Assembly (NCBI GenBank): GCA_041670045.1
Contig: JBAXZY010000002.1
Location: 1-42,537, forward strand
Origin: Bacilli bacterium
Lineage (GTDB): Bacteria > Bacillota_I > Bacilli_A > RFN20 > CAG-288
Direction of reading: 5' to 3'
Length of the DNA: 42,537 bases
Shown: in pieces, positions 17,338 through 27,069 of the stretch
Position numbering within the stretch: position 1 is the first letter of the stretch
Layout of the letters: the number at the start of each line of letters is the position of its first letter
The notes under the pieces: model-generated
Told to the model about the DNA's origin: nothing
What the model saw: only the letters and a program-made list of their open reading frames with translations
Databases searched by the model: none
Position numbers and translations under genes: made by a program

Positions 17338-17412
17338 GTGTTCCATATTGGTATGGATTTTATCGATATATTTGGTGTATTATATATCTTAAAGTGTTCC
17401 ATATTTTGGAAC
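17338..17412. promoter_or_regulatory. Twin operator-like sites in the divergent promoter region
   Basis: Exact 12-mer GTGTTCCATATT at 17338-17349 and 17394-17405. Each lies in a palindrome (TCCATAttggTATGGA at 17342-17357; GTTCCAtatttTGGAAC at 17396-17412). A minus-strand TATAAT sits at 17328-17333. Confidence 0.45.
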
Positions 17413-17421
17413 TAACTAACT

Positions 17422-18444
17422 ATGGATGAAAAAATAAAGGTCAATTTGTCGTATCGTGACTACTATTCCTTATTGAATGATATGGAGCTATTTTATTATG
17501 TCAAAGAAAACGGAGAACTGAAGCAGAATCAGTTTCTGAATCAGTTAGTTGTCAATTTCTACAAGGATGATGAGAATCAGAATGAGTTGATATCATCCTT
17601 ATTAGATAAGCAATTAAAAGCTAACATCAAAGGCAATATCAATGATTTAAAAGATTCTTTATTAAGTCTTTTAGCTACACCTAAAAATGAAAGCCTTATT
17701 TACCGCAGTTATGATTGTTCTTTATCCTTTAGACCAAGTAAAGAAAATCAGGATGTCTTTGATTATATTGAAGCCAATCTCTTAAAGAATGTTTCTATTT
17801 CCAGCTACTTCCGTTCCTTGTTTCATAGTTACCTAAGATTAAGCGGAGCTGAAAGAGAAGCCGTTATCTTTTCAAGAGAAACAAATCAAATCAATGAAGC
17901 CATTGAAAAAAAGAGAATCCTCCGACTTAAAATTGGTGGCAAAGAAGAAGAATTCTATCCTTTTCAAATGAGAACCACTAAAGAAGAGAACTTCATTTAT
18001 GTGATTGGTCTTTTAAAAGGTAAGACCATTTATTCTTTCCATCTTTATAAATTGAAAGGCCTGACAATGACTACTCATACTTTTGAATTCTCCAATGCTG
18101 ATAAGAAAGCCTTAACTAAAGCTTCTTCTTCCGCTATTGAATATGCAAATGCTGATTTAATAGAAGCCAAAATAAGATTAACTCCTCTAGGTCAGAAATC
18201 ATTTAGAAGAATCTGGCATAACCGTCCTGAACCGATTAGGATTGAAGACGGCTTTTATTTCTTTGAAGCACCCTATCAGCAATTGCTCCATTACTTTACC
18301 CGTTTTGGTAATGAAGCTGAAGTCTTCCGTCCTTTAAGACTTCGGAATGATTTCAAGCACTTCTATGAGAAGGCTTTAAAAGCCTATACCGAAAATAAGA
18401 CAGATAAAGAAACCTGGCCGAACCAAAACAAAAAGGAGGTGTGA
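17422..18444 (+). CDS. WYL-domain-like regulator with a WCX-like C-terminus
   Basis: Middle region ILRLKIGGKEEEFYPFQMRTTKEENFIYVIGLLKGKTIYSFHLYKLKG fits the WYL pattern (x-P-x-x-hydrophobic ... aromatic-Y-hydrophobic ... F-x-L-x-K-hydrophobic). C-terminus LLHYFTRFGNEAEVFRPLRLRNDF resembles the WCX ending. The N-terminus has no obvious wHTH and could be ribbon-helix-helix. Confidence 0.55.
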   Translation: MDEKIKVNLSYRDYYSLLNDMELFYYVKENGELKQNQFLNQLVVNFYKDDENQNELISSLLDKQLKANIKGNINDLKDSLLSLLATPKNESLIYRSYDCSLSFRPSKENQDVFDYIEANLLKNVSISSYFRSLFHSYLRLSGAEREAVIFSRETNQINEAIEKKRILRLKIGGKEEEFYPFQMRTTKEENFIYVIGLLKGKTIYSFHLYKLKGLTMTTHTFEFSNADKKALTKASSSAIEYANADLIEAKIRLTPLGQKSFRRIWHNRPEPIRIEDGFYFFEAPYQQLLHYFTRFGNEAEVFRPLRLRNDFKHFYEKALKAYTENKTDKETWPNQNKKEV

Positions 18445-18456
18445 TTAAGCACCTCC
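18425..18456 (-). terminator. Intrinsic terminator for the amidohydrolase gene, overlapping the end of the WYL gene
   Basis: GGAGGUG-cuuaauca-CACCUCC followed by UUUUUGUUUUGG on the minus strand. Confidence 0.6.
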
Positions 18457-18464
18457 AGACTTAA

Positions 18465-19760
18465 CTAAATCAATGAATCCAAGTTCTTCTCCAGCTTTTT
18501 ATTGACAGAGACATGAGGATTCTTAATTACTTGTCCTTTCATAAAGACATAGCTGAGTTTTCGTAACGTCTTCAGATCCTGATAGGGAGAAGCAGAGCTG
18601 ACAATCATGTCAGCTGATTTTCCAATGCTGATACTGCCAGTGACATCATCAAGATGCATGATGGAGGCATTGATAATTGTAGCGGTCTTTAAGGCATATT
18701 CATTAGAAGCCAAAGCATACTTGTGGAAATAATTCAATTCCCTCCACATACCGGTTTGGGAAGCAAACGGACAAGAGGAATCAGTTCCTAATCCGACTTG
18801 AATGCCGTTAGCAAGGCATTGCTTGGCACAAGTGATGATACCATCAGAAACTATTTTGCAGGATGCAATCTGAAGAGGAGTGTAATGTGTATAGGGAGCA
18901 GGTAAAACAACCGAAGGAAGGGCTGGAGAAATAGTAGTGATGATATGAGAATTTCCTTTTTTAAGTTCTTCTATTTCCGAATCCGTCAAGACTGCGCCAT
19001 GTTCAATCGTATCAACCCCGGCCTTCAGACAAATTTCGACTCCTTTAGTAGATTCCGTATGAGAAGCAATGATCAAATGATTCTTATGGGCTTCATCAGC
19101 ACACCACTTAGTCTGCTCCAGTGTCATTCTGACATCTCCGGGTTCATCCGGCTTTGTGGCGTCCATGACGCCACCAGTCACACAGATTTTGACTAAATCC
19201 GTGTGATACTGAAGATTGTCGTTGATCAGTTTCACTAATTCTTCTTTTGTCTCGCCACCTCTAGCAATTGAGCCTACTCCATGTCCATGAGTAGTCGTAA
19301 CGGCAAAACCGGAAACTAACATTCTAGGTCCGATATATTTGACGGCATTAATCTGGTTTCTAGTATAGACATCAGGATAATAGATATCACCAACTGCTCT
19401 AATAGTGGTGCAACCGGAATGCAGTTGATTAAGAGCACCTTGTTTTGCCATCAAACGCAAATACTTTTTTCCTAAAGGAGTAGCGGCAAAATCAAGAATC
19501 ATCTCCTGTGCTTTGCCTTTCTTTGCGGTGGAATTTTTCGGTACTCCGTTTCCAAAAAGATGAACGTGAAGGTTAATTAAGCCTGGCATCAGATAATGAT
19601 TCTGAATATCAATAATGGGAAGACCAGCTGGTATCTTCTCCTGTTCTCCGATACCAACAATCTTGCCCTCATTTACTTCTACATATTGATTAGGAATGAT
19701 CTTATCATTGATAACATCCACTAAATTAGCGTTACTGATTACATAATGTTTGTCTTTCAT
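18465..19760 (-). CDS. Metal-dependent amidohydrolase-family hydrolase
   Basis: HVHLFGNG (HxH metal motif), IEHG, VGLGTDSS. GAGGA RBS. 431 aa. Confidence 0.8.
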   Translation of the reverse strand: MKDKHYVISNANLVDVINDKIIPNQYVEVNEGKIVGIGEQEKIPAGLPIIDIQNHYLMPGLINLHVHLFGNGVPKNSTAKKGKAQEMILDFAATPLGKKYLRLMAKQGALNQLHSGCTTIRAVGDIYYPDVYTRNQINAVKYIGPRMLVSGFAVTTTHGHGVGSIARGGETKEELVKLINDNLQYHTDLVKICVTGGVMDATKPDEPGDVRMTLEQTKWCADEAHKNHLIIASHTESTKGVEICLKAGVDTIEHGAVLTDSEIEELKKGNSHIITTISPALPSVVLPAPYTHYTPLQIASCKIVSDGIITCAKQCLANGIQVGLGTDSSCPFASQTGMWRELNYFHKYALASNEYALKTATIINASIMHLDDVTGSISIGKSADMIVSSASPYQDLKTLRKLSYVFMKGQVIKNPHVSVNKKLEKNLDSLI

Positions 19761-19949
19761 CTTCTAATCCTCACTTTTTCTCTAATTGGAATAATTATAG
19801 TACCTACCTAAAGATAAAGAGTAGATAGCTTCAAAGTCTACCTTTTCAAGAATTTCAGAAAAAAGAAGCAAGTTTCGAAGAAAAACACCTTTTAATAACA
19901 AAGATTGGTAGGCATTGTTTTTTAGAAAGCCCTTTCATGGCATAAAATC

Positions 19950-19975
19950 AAAAAAAGCAGCGAAGAGCTGCTTTT
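19950..19975 (-). terminator. Intrinsic terminator after the LytTR gene
   Basis: AGCAGC-ucuuc-GCUGCU followed by U7 on the minus strand, about 35 nt after the stop at 20008. Confidence 0.65.
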
Positions 19976-20007
19976 ATCTATTCATTAGTAAGAAACTAAA
20001 GAAAAAG

Positions 20008-20718
20008 TTATCCGATAATGAAGCTCATATAGGAAGTGAAGACACTAAGGAATTGAGATTTTCTCATCTTCGGAATAGCTAAGGGCTTGCCCTCAACTGT
20101 GACATCATCACTTGAAATCCCAGTAAGATACCTCATATTGACAAAATAGTAGCAATTGACTTCAAAGAAGGAATCATACAAGAAGTCTCTTTCAGCTTCT
20201 TTAGGAGTGGACTTAGTAACATAGTCTTTGTTAGCAGTATGATAAATTGTTTCCTTCTCTTTATATTCTAAATAGATAATATCATTGGTCTTAAGAGTGA
20301 CATTCTCGTTACTTGAAGTAGTAATATCAACTGAATTGACACGGCTTCTTTTTACGTAAGCCATAATTGATTTCATCAAAGAGATGAATTCGGGATAAGA
20401 AATCGGCTTGGCTTTGAAGAACAAGCCATCAAAGCTATTGAATTCCAAAATGTCCTGAGATTCTTTAGTAAGAATGATGATAGCCGCATGAGGATATTTT
20501 CGTTTGACTTTAAGAGCTATTTCACTATTAGTAGGGTCATTGGTTTCAGCATCGAAAAAGACCATATCAAAAACATCCTTATTGGCATAAAACTCAGTGC
20601 TATTGCTGAAGAACTTAGTTACTAGTTTCTCCGGGCACTTACTTCCAAAATGGAAGACATAATTTTCGAATAGTGTCTTATGGGTAGCACTACTTTCGAC
20701 AAAGGCAATGTTGGTCAT
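20008..20718 (-). CDS. Orphan response-regulator-like protein with a LytTR DNA-binding domain
   Basis: Start moved to MTNIAFVESS. Receiver-like N-terminus (FFDAE, IIILT, FFKAKP). The C-terminal region (about 100 aa) is LytTR-like (NDIIYLEYKEKETIYHT...YFVNMRYL). Confidence 0.7.
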   Translation of the reverse strand: MTNIAFVESSATHKTLFENYVFHFGSKCPEKLVTKFFSNSTEFYANKDVFDMVFFDAETNDPTNSEIALKVKRKYPHAAIIILTKESQDILEFNSFDGLFFKAKPISYPEFISLMKSIMAYVKRSRVNSVDITTSSNENVTLKTNDIIYLEYKEKETIYHTANKDYVTKSTPKEAERDFLYDSFFEVNCYYFVNMRYLTGISSDDVTVEGKPLAIPKMRKSQFLSVFTSYMSFIIG

Positions 20719-20990
20719 GTTCTGTTCCTTTGATAAATTGTTAAAAAAGCAATCAAATACATTTGTTCTTAAGCTTATCATATTAAATCATTTATGGCAA
20801 AGAAAAGCCATTGATTTTAAGTTAATATGTTATAAGTAACCTAAATTTTCAATTGTTTCTAATGAAACAAAGGCTAGGAAAGAAATATAAATGTCTTCTT
20901 TAGAAAAAATATTAGTTTTTTCTTATCAAAAGACAGACAACTTAGGAAGTCTATACAGTATCCCTACGAAAAGACATTAAACCTGTTCAA

Positions 20991-22376
20991 TTACTGTTTC
21001 AGATTCTTCACTGTTTGAATCAAAGGTTTATAAAAGCCGTCTAATTCTACTAGCGGAGCTTTGATCACTATATTAATATCATTCATATTTTTTAATAGCT
21101 GAGCATAGAAATCATAAGCAAACTTAGAAGGAACCAGGATTTCTTCTGAAACACCGTTTTTAGCAAAATACTTATGAAGATTTAAGATTAAATCCTTAAA
21201 AAGTTCTTGGTTGTCTCCAATGATTTCATCCTGAACCAGAATTTCTCTGGTTATAGGATTAAGAAGCACAAAATAATAATGACCTATTCTTTTAGCTGAA
21301 TCATTATGATCAATATCAAAAGTCACATAACGGATATCAGACATCAATGACTGTCCTCTGTTAACAGTCATCAAGGGAAGAGAACTGACTTCTTCTTCAA
21401 TATCCAACAAGGGACGAAGAGCTCCTTTTAAAAAGTCGGGTTCTAATTCTAAGGTAAACTGACCCGAATTAGGAATACAGGTAGCCTTTAAGAACTTATT
21501 TTCGAAGCAATTGAACATTAGTTTTTCTTCTCGGCACTGAAGCAGAATAGCAGTCAGATTACTGATCCATCTAGTAATAGTCTTCGCTTCTAAATGAGTT
21601 AGTTCCCCTTGATAGAAGACACCATGATTGAAGGAAGTGATAGCTAGAGCGGTTTCACCTTTCAGAATATTATTCAGTTGGCATTTATCCATGAAATTGA
21701 GGTCTTCCCGTAAAGCATTCTTAGGACGGACAAAATTCAAAGAGATCATTCTTCCTAATGTATTGATTAAATGGGAATCAGTAAGTTCCGGACTTTGGCA
21801 AAGACTGTTCAACAGCATATTGAACCCGGCTTGTCCCCATTGGAAGAAAAGACTATAGGTAGAATCCTGGCCTGCCATCATCGTAAAGTAGACATCAACG
21901 TTCTTGCTATCCACTAGATGGACAATTTCAAAAGGATGATATTTGTTTTTGGATTTCAGGCTATAGAATTCATAGCAGGCTTTTCCTAAAGTAAGATAAT
22001 CATTTTTAGTAGCTTCATGCTGTTCTAAGCCAAATTCGCTCATCGTGTCACTGAGCAAGGAATTTTCTTTTTTTTCATAGAAAGCCGCCCACTTAAAGAA
22101 AGCCTCACGATTGGTATTCAGTTCTTCTTTAACCCCCGCTAAAGAAGAAGCAGTAAGGATGTCTTGAAGCTTTTGATTTTCTGGTAAGGCAACGAATTCC
22201 TTCAGATGCTTATCAATCTGATAGGAATCCAGTTTATAGAATGGCTTAAGATAACTTTTCACATTTTTGATTTCATCCTGGTAAGGATAGAATTCATCTT
22301 TTTTAATATTAAAGACCGAATATGGTACTTCAGCAAAGGTCAAATAACGGATGATATCGCTTCTTTCTCTAGGCAT
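20991..22376 (-). CDS. Hypothetical protein (461 aa)
   Basis: Long clean ORF. The track start at 22391 is TTG, so I prefer ATG 22376 with GGGGGA upstream. No recognisable motif. Confidence 0.6.
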   Translation of the reverse strand: MPRERSDIIRYLTFAEVPYSVFNIKKDEFYPYQDEIKNVKSYLKPFYKLDSYQIDKHLKEFVALPENQKLQDILTASSLAGVKEELNTNREAFFKWAAFYEKKENSLLSDTMSEFGLEQHEATKNDYLTLGKACYEFYSLKSKNKYHPFEIVHLVDSKNVDVYFTMMAGQDSTYSLFFQWGQAGFNMLLNSLCQSPELTDSHLINTLGRMISLNFVRPKNALREDLNFMDKCQLNNILKGETALAITSFNHGVFYQGELTHLEAKTITRWISNLTAILLQCREEKLMFNCFENKFLKATCIPNSGQFTLELEPDFLKGALRPLLDIEEEVSSLPLMTVNRGQSLMSDIRYVTFDIDHNDSAKRIGHYYFVLLNPITREILVQDEIIGDNQELFKDLILNLHKYFAKNGVSEEILVPSKFAYDFYAQLLKNMNDINIVIKAPLVELDGFYKPLIQTVKNLKQ

Positions 22377-22445
22377 AACCTGTTCCCCCAATTTTTAATA
22401 TATTGATTTTAACATAGAGCGACTGTTTTACATATGCAAAAGATA

Positions 22446-22468
22446 CGAAAATGTGTACAACATTTTCG
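22446..22468. promoter_or_regulatory. 9-bp perfect inverted repeat (operator or weak terminator)
   Basis: CGAAAATGT-gtaca-ACATTTTCG, between the small membrane gene and the start of the 461-aa gene. Confidence 0.35.
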
Positions 22469-22545
22469 GATATTGTTTTTATTTCCTTTATTTTGAATAC
22501 AAGCAAAGATAAAATTTCAACTCTTTGCTTCAAATGAATACTTGC

Positions 22546-22839
22546 TTAGATAGACAAAAACATCATAACCAATAAAGGAACGGCAATGATGATATAGCCG
22601 CCCACTAAAGCAAAAACATAGAAACCCATAGTAATAGAATCAACTACCTTGTTTCTTTCTCCAAGATGAGGATGATAGAACAATAAAGCCGGCGCTAAAA
22701 GAATAAGGTAGGGGTACTTTCCTAAACCTAAGTCATTAGCAGCACTGTTGCCTTTTAGAATAAATTCCAGAAGTCCGATAATAAACACAGTGCCAGCCGC
22801 AATCGCATTCTTCATAAAGAGGAAACGGTTGCCGTTCAT
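22546..22839 (-). CDS. Small integral membrane protein
   Basis: 97 aa with three hydrophobic segments. Begins 5 nt after the upstream gene's stop. Confidence 0.5.
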   Translation of the reverse strand: MNGNRFLFMKNAIAAGTVFIIGLLEFILKGNSAANDLGLGKYPYLILLAPALLFYHPHLGERNKVVDSITMGFYVFALVGGYIIIAVPLLVMMFLSI

Positions 22840-22844
22840 TAAGG

Positions 22845-24596
22845 CTAAGGCTTTTTCTTTACCATATTTTTTTCATAGAAGAGCTTTAAGAAATACAGTC
22901 CTAATAAATAGGTGACGCACAATAAGGAGAACTGGGTCTTTTCACTGGCAAAGAGATAGAGAACCGGAATCGAGAGATTCCAGTTCCATAAGGTATTGGC
23001 ATAATGGTAAATCAAAGTAAAAGAAATAATAATACCAACAGGTATTATCGTCAAAAGACGATAAGCTACTAATCCTTTATGTGTCTTAATTCTTTTCGGT
23101 GTATAGAAAAGAGTCAGCATCATTAAGAAGTAACAGGTAATAGTACCGAAGTTATTGGGTACTGTCACTTTCTTACTTAGTTCATTCAAGATCAGATTAT
23201 TGCTATTAGCAAAAGCCTGCATGATGAGAGATTCCAAGAAGTAAAGCAGAACAAAGATAATCAAATAAAGGAAGACATTACTGAAGACTCTTTTATCATC
23301 AAGGAAGATATCGAAATCAACAAAGTAGAGTAAGAACATACCTATCATAAAGAGGTAGAAGAGAGTGTTAGGAATATCGGTGAAGTCATTTCCGGAGATT
23401 TGAATCACGCCAAAGAAAGTGAAAAGATAATAAAGAATTCGTAATGATCCGAAAAAGACAAAACAGATACCGATGATTTCAAAGAACGTTTCTGGCAAGA
23501 AAGGCGTGAATCTAAAGTCAGTCTTAGCATTAGGAAGTTTTTCTAAGTCCCTTGACGAGACTTCAACGGTCTCAAAGGAAGTCTTTTTTCTCTTTCTTCC
23601 ATAAATCAGACAGTAAATCAGGAAGAATAATAATGAAGCAGCAGAGATTGCTCCTAATACTAAAAGAACTAATGATAAAGCTGAAAGATGACCTAGCCTT
23701 CTATTTCCGGCATAATAATCAGGAATCAAGCCCTCAAAGAAAGAATAATTCATACCGGTATTAGTAGTTATGAGACTATCGAAATTCGAGTTCAAATCGG
23801 CTAAATGAGTGGCAGTCATGGCTATGATGGCTTCAATAGCAGCTTGATCTGATTCATTAGAACTATCTAAGGTTGAAGAATAATCCAAGAAGGATGAGAA
23901 CGTATAGACATCTTTTTCGCTTTCGTAATAATTCACTCGGTAACTAAGAGCAGTATCATAAACGACATAATTGACCTCTAAGAGCACAGGCTGGTTTCCA
24001 AATGAGAACTGATAAGTCAGACGGTAGTCATCCGTATGGAAAGTAGCTGTCGCATCAAGGATAGTGTATTCATCTTCATCATAGGAGCCCTGAAGAGAAT
24101 ACAAGTCACTGCCATCAGTAGTAAAGAATTCCGGTCTTTTCAAATCACTAGTCAGAGACAGTGATAAAGAACCATTCTTTTTGAGGTTATCATAAAAAGA
24201 AACATAGTTATCGGAGAAACTATCCTGAGAATGCTTGTTATACTGAACGGCGTAATAACCGCCAGCGCTTAAAACACCTATGGCTCCTAAAAGAAAAACT
24301 AGCAGGACGATTCTGAATACCAAATGGCCACAAAGATTCAAAAACCATTTGTGCATCTTCGATTCTTCACTGAGAGGAAGAGGAAGCGGATAAGAATAGT
24401 TTCCTTGCAGATATAAAGAGAAGTCTTCATCTAAAGCAGCTGAGATTTTAGCTGTTTGCTTCTTATTAGGCTTCAGATAGCCTTTCTCGATACTGGCATA
24501 AGTAGCAGTCCTCAGACCTAAAAAGCGAGCGAATTCTTTCCGCTTCTGTTTTCTAGCTATTCTTAGATGATAAAGATGAAGATTATAGCAATCCAT
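22845..24596 (-). CDS. XRE-HTH fused to a polytopic membrane protein
   Basis: HTH EFARFLGLRTATYASIEKGYLKP. A TM segment, an extracytoplasmic region of about 190 aa, then at least 6 further TM segments. Confidence 0.7.
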   Translation of the reverse strand: MDCYNLHLYHLRIARKQKRKEFARFLGLRTATYASIEKGYLKPNKKQTAKISAALDEDFSLYLQGNYSYPLPLPLSEESKMHKWFLNLCGHLVFRIVLLVFLLGAIGVLSAGGYYAVQYNKHSQDSFSDNYVSFYDNLKKNGSLSLSLTSDLKRPEFFTTDGSDLYSLQGSYDEDEYTILDATATFHTDDYRLTYQFSFGNQPVLLEVNYVVYDTALSYRVNYYESEKDVYTFSSFLDYSSTLDSSNESDQAAIEAIIAMTATHLADLNSNFDSLITTNTGMNYSFFEGLIPDYYAGNRRLGHLSALSLVLLVLGAISAASLLFFLIYCLIYGRKRKKTSFETVEVSSRDLEKLPNAKTDFRFTPFLPETFFEIIGICFVFFGSLRILYYLFTFFGVIQISGNDFTDIPNTLFYLFMIGMFLLYFVDFDIFLDDKRVFSNVFLYLIIFVLLYFLESLIMQAFANSNNLILNELSKKVTVPNNFGTITCYFLMMLTLFYTPKRIKTHKGLVAYRLLTIIPVGIIISFTLIYHYANTLWNWNLSIPVLYLFASEKTQFSLLCVTYLLGLYFLKLFYEKNMVKKKP

Positions 24597-24671
24597 AGGT
24601 ACCTGATTTCTTTGATAGTTTCATGCGATTATTTCTTTGCTCATGTCCTCACATATTGTATAATTAATCCA

Positions 24672-26543
24672 ATGGAATGTAATAGTGTTTTTACTTTTTT
24701 AGTATCAATTGGATGTCTCTTCAGCCTCTTTTCCTGTGGCCAGACTACTTCCTACACCCAATCCAAGTTTGCTTATGCTTCCGGTACCACCAAAGACTAC
24801 GGTAACCAGGTCTACTATTCTGATGACTATTTTTCTGCTCCGGCTACTACTTATAATCCTTCTTTAGCTACCACTTCTTTATGCTTTGCTATGTCCTCCT
24901 TTGCTACTAATAACAATAAAACCAATTCTGATTACACCTATCGTTACAAGAACTGTGAAACTTTCTTAAAGAAATTCGGTTATTCCGCTATCACTCCTAA
25001 TGCTGATTACTTAAAGAAACCAGGTCCGGATACGATTGGGGTTGTCTATAGTAAGAAAACAATCGGTGATGACACCATGATTGCGGTTGGTATCAGAGGT
25101 TCTAACTATGAACAGGAATGGGCTTCTAATTTCACACTTGGTAAATATGCTGATAATTCCTATCATGAAGGCTTCTATAAAGCCGCTGATGAATTACTAG
25201 TCGGATTAAAACAGTATATTTCTGATCAAAGCATCAAGGGCAATATCAAAATTTGGATGGCTGGTTATTCTAGGGCCGGAGCTACCTGCAACCTTGCTAG
25301 TGGCTTACTGGATAAAGCCCTTCTAGATAACAATAAGATCATTGGTGAGGATGTCACCTATCAAAAAGAAGATGTCTATTCTTATTGCTTTGAAGATCCT
25401 CAGGGAGCTTACTTTGATTCTGCTTTGGATGAAGTTGAAGTAAAAAGTGAAAACTATAACAATATCTTCAATATCATCAATGAAAATGATCCAGTACCAA
25501 AGGTTGCCATGACGGCTTTTGGCTTCACCCGTTATGGTATTGACTGCTACTTACCTGATTCCTTATCGGATAAGAACTATTATCTGGATATTTGCAAAGT
25601 AAAAGATATGTATGCCAAGATTGAAAATTACTCCGTTTTAGGAGGCGAATACCTCATTTCTGATTTTGAATATAAGAGTCTTACTTTAAGCGAAGATAAA
25701 AAAATTGATCATGTTCATTGGCCACAGGCTCTCTTTTTAAATGAATTCATCAATGCTTTAGCTGTCAAAGGAGTCAAAGACCGGGATTCCTATGTAACTA
25801 GCTATCAGGAAGGATTGAGAGATGTCTTCATTCTTCTCTATAAGAACGGTCTTCCCAAAGGTTCCTTGGTGGAATTAGGTATGAATCTAGCCAAGCAATT
25901 GATCAGCAATGATGAAGCCAATATCCTGATGGATGACTTAATTCATAATCCGACATATTTTGTCAAAGACTTAGTTCCTCTGATAAAAAGAACCTTAGAT
26001 CAATCCGGTGTCAGCATCGAGGTTAAGGAACTGCTAACGGATTTAAATGATCTGCTTTTAGCAATTGTAAGAGTCTTCACCTATTCCGCCAGTCTGATTA
26101 TTTCCTTAATCTCAACGACCAATATTAAAGCTATCGGTTCTGCTCATTATCCGGAGCTTTGCTTAAGTCATTTAATGGCTAGAGACAGTAATTACACCAA
26201 TGATCCAGTTACTTCCAATATGGATGGAAGATACTATAAGTTCACCTCTGACAATATCACTAGTTCCTTCACTATCAGAAAAGGTAATCGCTTATTAGCT
26301 GAGATGAAGGAAGGAGTAGTCATCGAAGCGGATTCTACTACCCCTTATGGTATTGATAAGAATCAGTTTGTCGCTTATTTGCCTATCGATTCCGATTACA
26401 CTATCGAAATGAGTAAAGACAGTAGTGCTACTTTAAGCATCTATGAGCCTACCAAATTGAAGTTAGTTGATGTCAAAACCGATTTTAATTCCAGTATCGG
26501 TGATTCCAGTCTTGATGGAAATGTCAAAGTAGAATTCAAATAG
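24672..26543 (+). CDS. Lipoprotein, class-3 lipase-like alpha/beta hydrolase
   Basis: Start moved to MECNSVFTFLVSIGCLFSLFSCGQ (lipobox). Nucleophile elbow IWMAGYSRAGATCNL (GxSxG). NENDPVPKV motif. Confidence 0.75.
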   Translation: MECNSVFTFLVSIGCLFSLFSCGQTTSYTQSKFAYASGTTKDYGNQVYYSDDYFSAPATTYNPSLATTSLCFAMSSFATNNNKTNSDYTYRYKNCETFLKKFGYSAITPNADYLKKPGPDTIGVVYSKKTIGDDTMIAVGIRGSNYEQEWASNFTLGKYADNSYHEGFYKAADELLVGLKQYISDQSIKGNIKIWMAGYSRAGATCNLASGLLDKALLDNNKIIGEDVTYQKEDVYSYCFEDPQGAYFDSALDEVEVKSENYNNIFNIINENDPVPKVAMTAFGFTRYGIDCYLPDSLSDKNYYLDICKVKDMYAKIENYSVLGGEYLISDFEYKSLTLSEDKKIDHVHWPQALFLNEFINALAVKGVKDRDSYVTSYQEGLRDVFILLYKNGLPKGSLVELGMNLAKQLISNDEANILMDDLIHNPTYFVKDLVPLIKRTLDQSGVSIEVKELLTDLNDLLLAIVRVFTYSASLIISLISTTNIKAIGSAHYPELCLSHLMARDSNYTNDPVTSNMDGRYYKFTSDNITSSFTIRKGNRLLAEMKEGVVIEADSTTPYGIDKNQFVAYLPIDSDYTIEMSKDSSATLSIYEPTKLKLVDVKTDFNSSIGDSSLDGNVKVEFK

Positions 26544-26570
26544 ATTATCCTGTTTATCTTTATTTATCAA

Positions 26571-26602
26571 AAAACCATTTTATTAAAATAGAATGGTTTT
26601 TT
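26571..26602 (+). terminator. Intrinsic terminator after the lipase gene
   Basis: AAAACCAUUUUA...UAGAAUGGUUUU stem followed by a U-run. Confidence 0.7.
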
Positions 26603-27069
26603 ATTTTATTCTGCAAAATAATGAATCAACTAATTTCAGAATTAATAATTCACACTTGAATAAAAAACTAGGCTTTGTTTTTACTATATCTATTCCACCG
26701 GCTAAGTTAGAAGCAAACAACACTAAAAGGTTTCCAAAGTTAAATCATTTTCTTCTTATTCGTTCCTATGTTTAGTATTTCATCACAAAGAACAAAATTG
26801 CCCTAATGTTTTTGTCTTGGCTTTGACAATAATCTTTACTGATTTTTTATCATAATTGTTTTAAATTCCACTATATAATCTATTAGGGCTTTTCAATTGT
26901 GGTTTTATGGTTCCAAATATTTTTTGCGCATTGCGTGCATTATTTGTCTCATTTTGCATACATACGTTTGCTTATTGTGAAGCCTATAAATAATATTAGA
27001 TAATAATGTTTCTTTTCCTATGTTTTTGCTTATTGGTTACCTATAATCCCCTATGGAGGTAAATCATAA

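Noticed and set aside
26593-26775. 60-aa ORF in the gldA upstream region
   Set aside because: It begins inside the lipase terminator hairpin, has no RBS, is AT-rich low-complexity sequence and resembles no protein.
26603-27069. Long (about 470 nt) AT-rich spacer upstream of gldA as a possible sRNA or riboswitch
   Set aside because: I could find no G+C enrichment, stable hairpins or terminator. It has only short TGCA/TTGC repeats and a TATAAT at 27042-27047, so it is most simply a promoter region.
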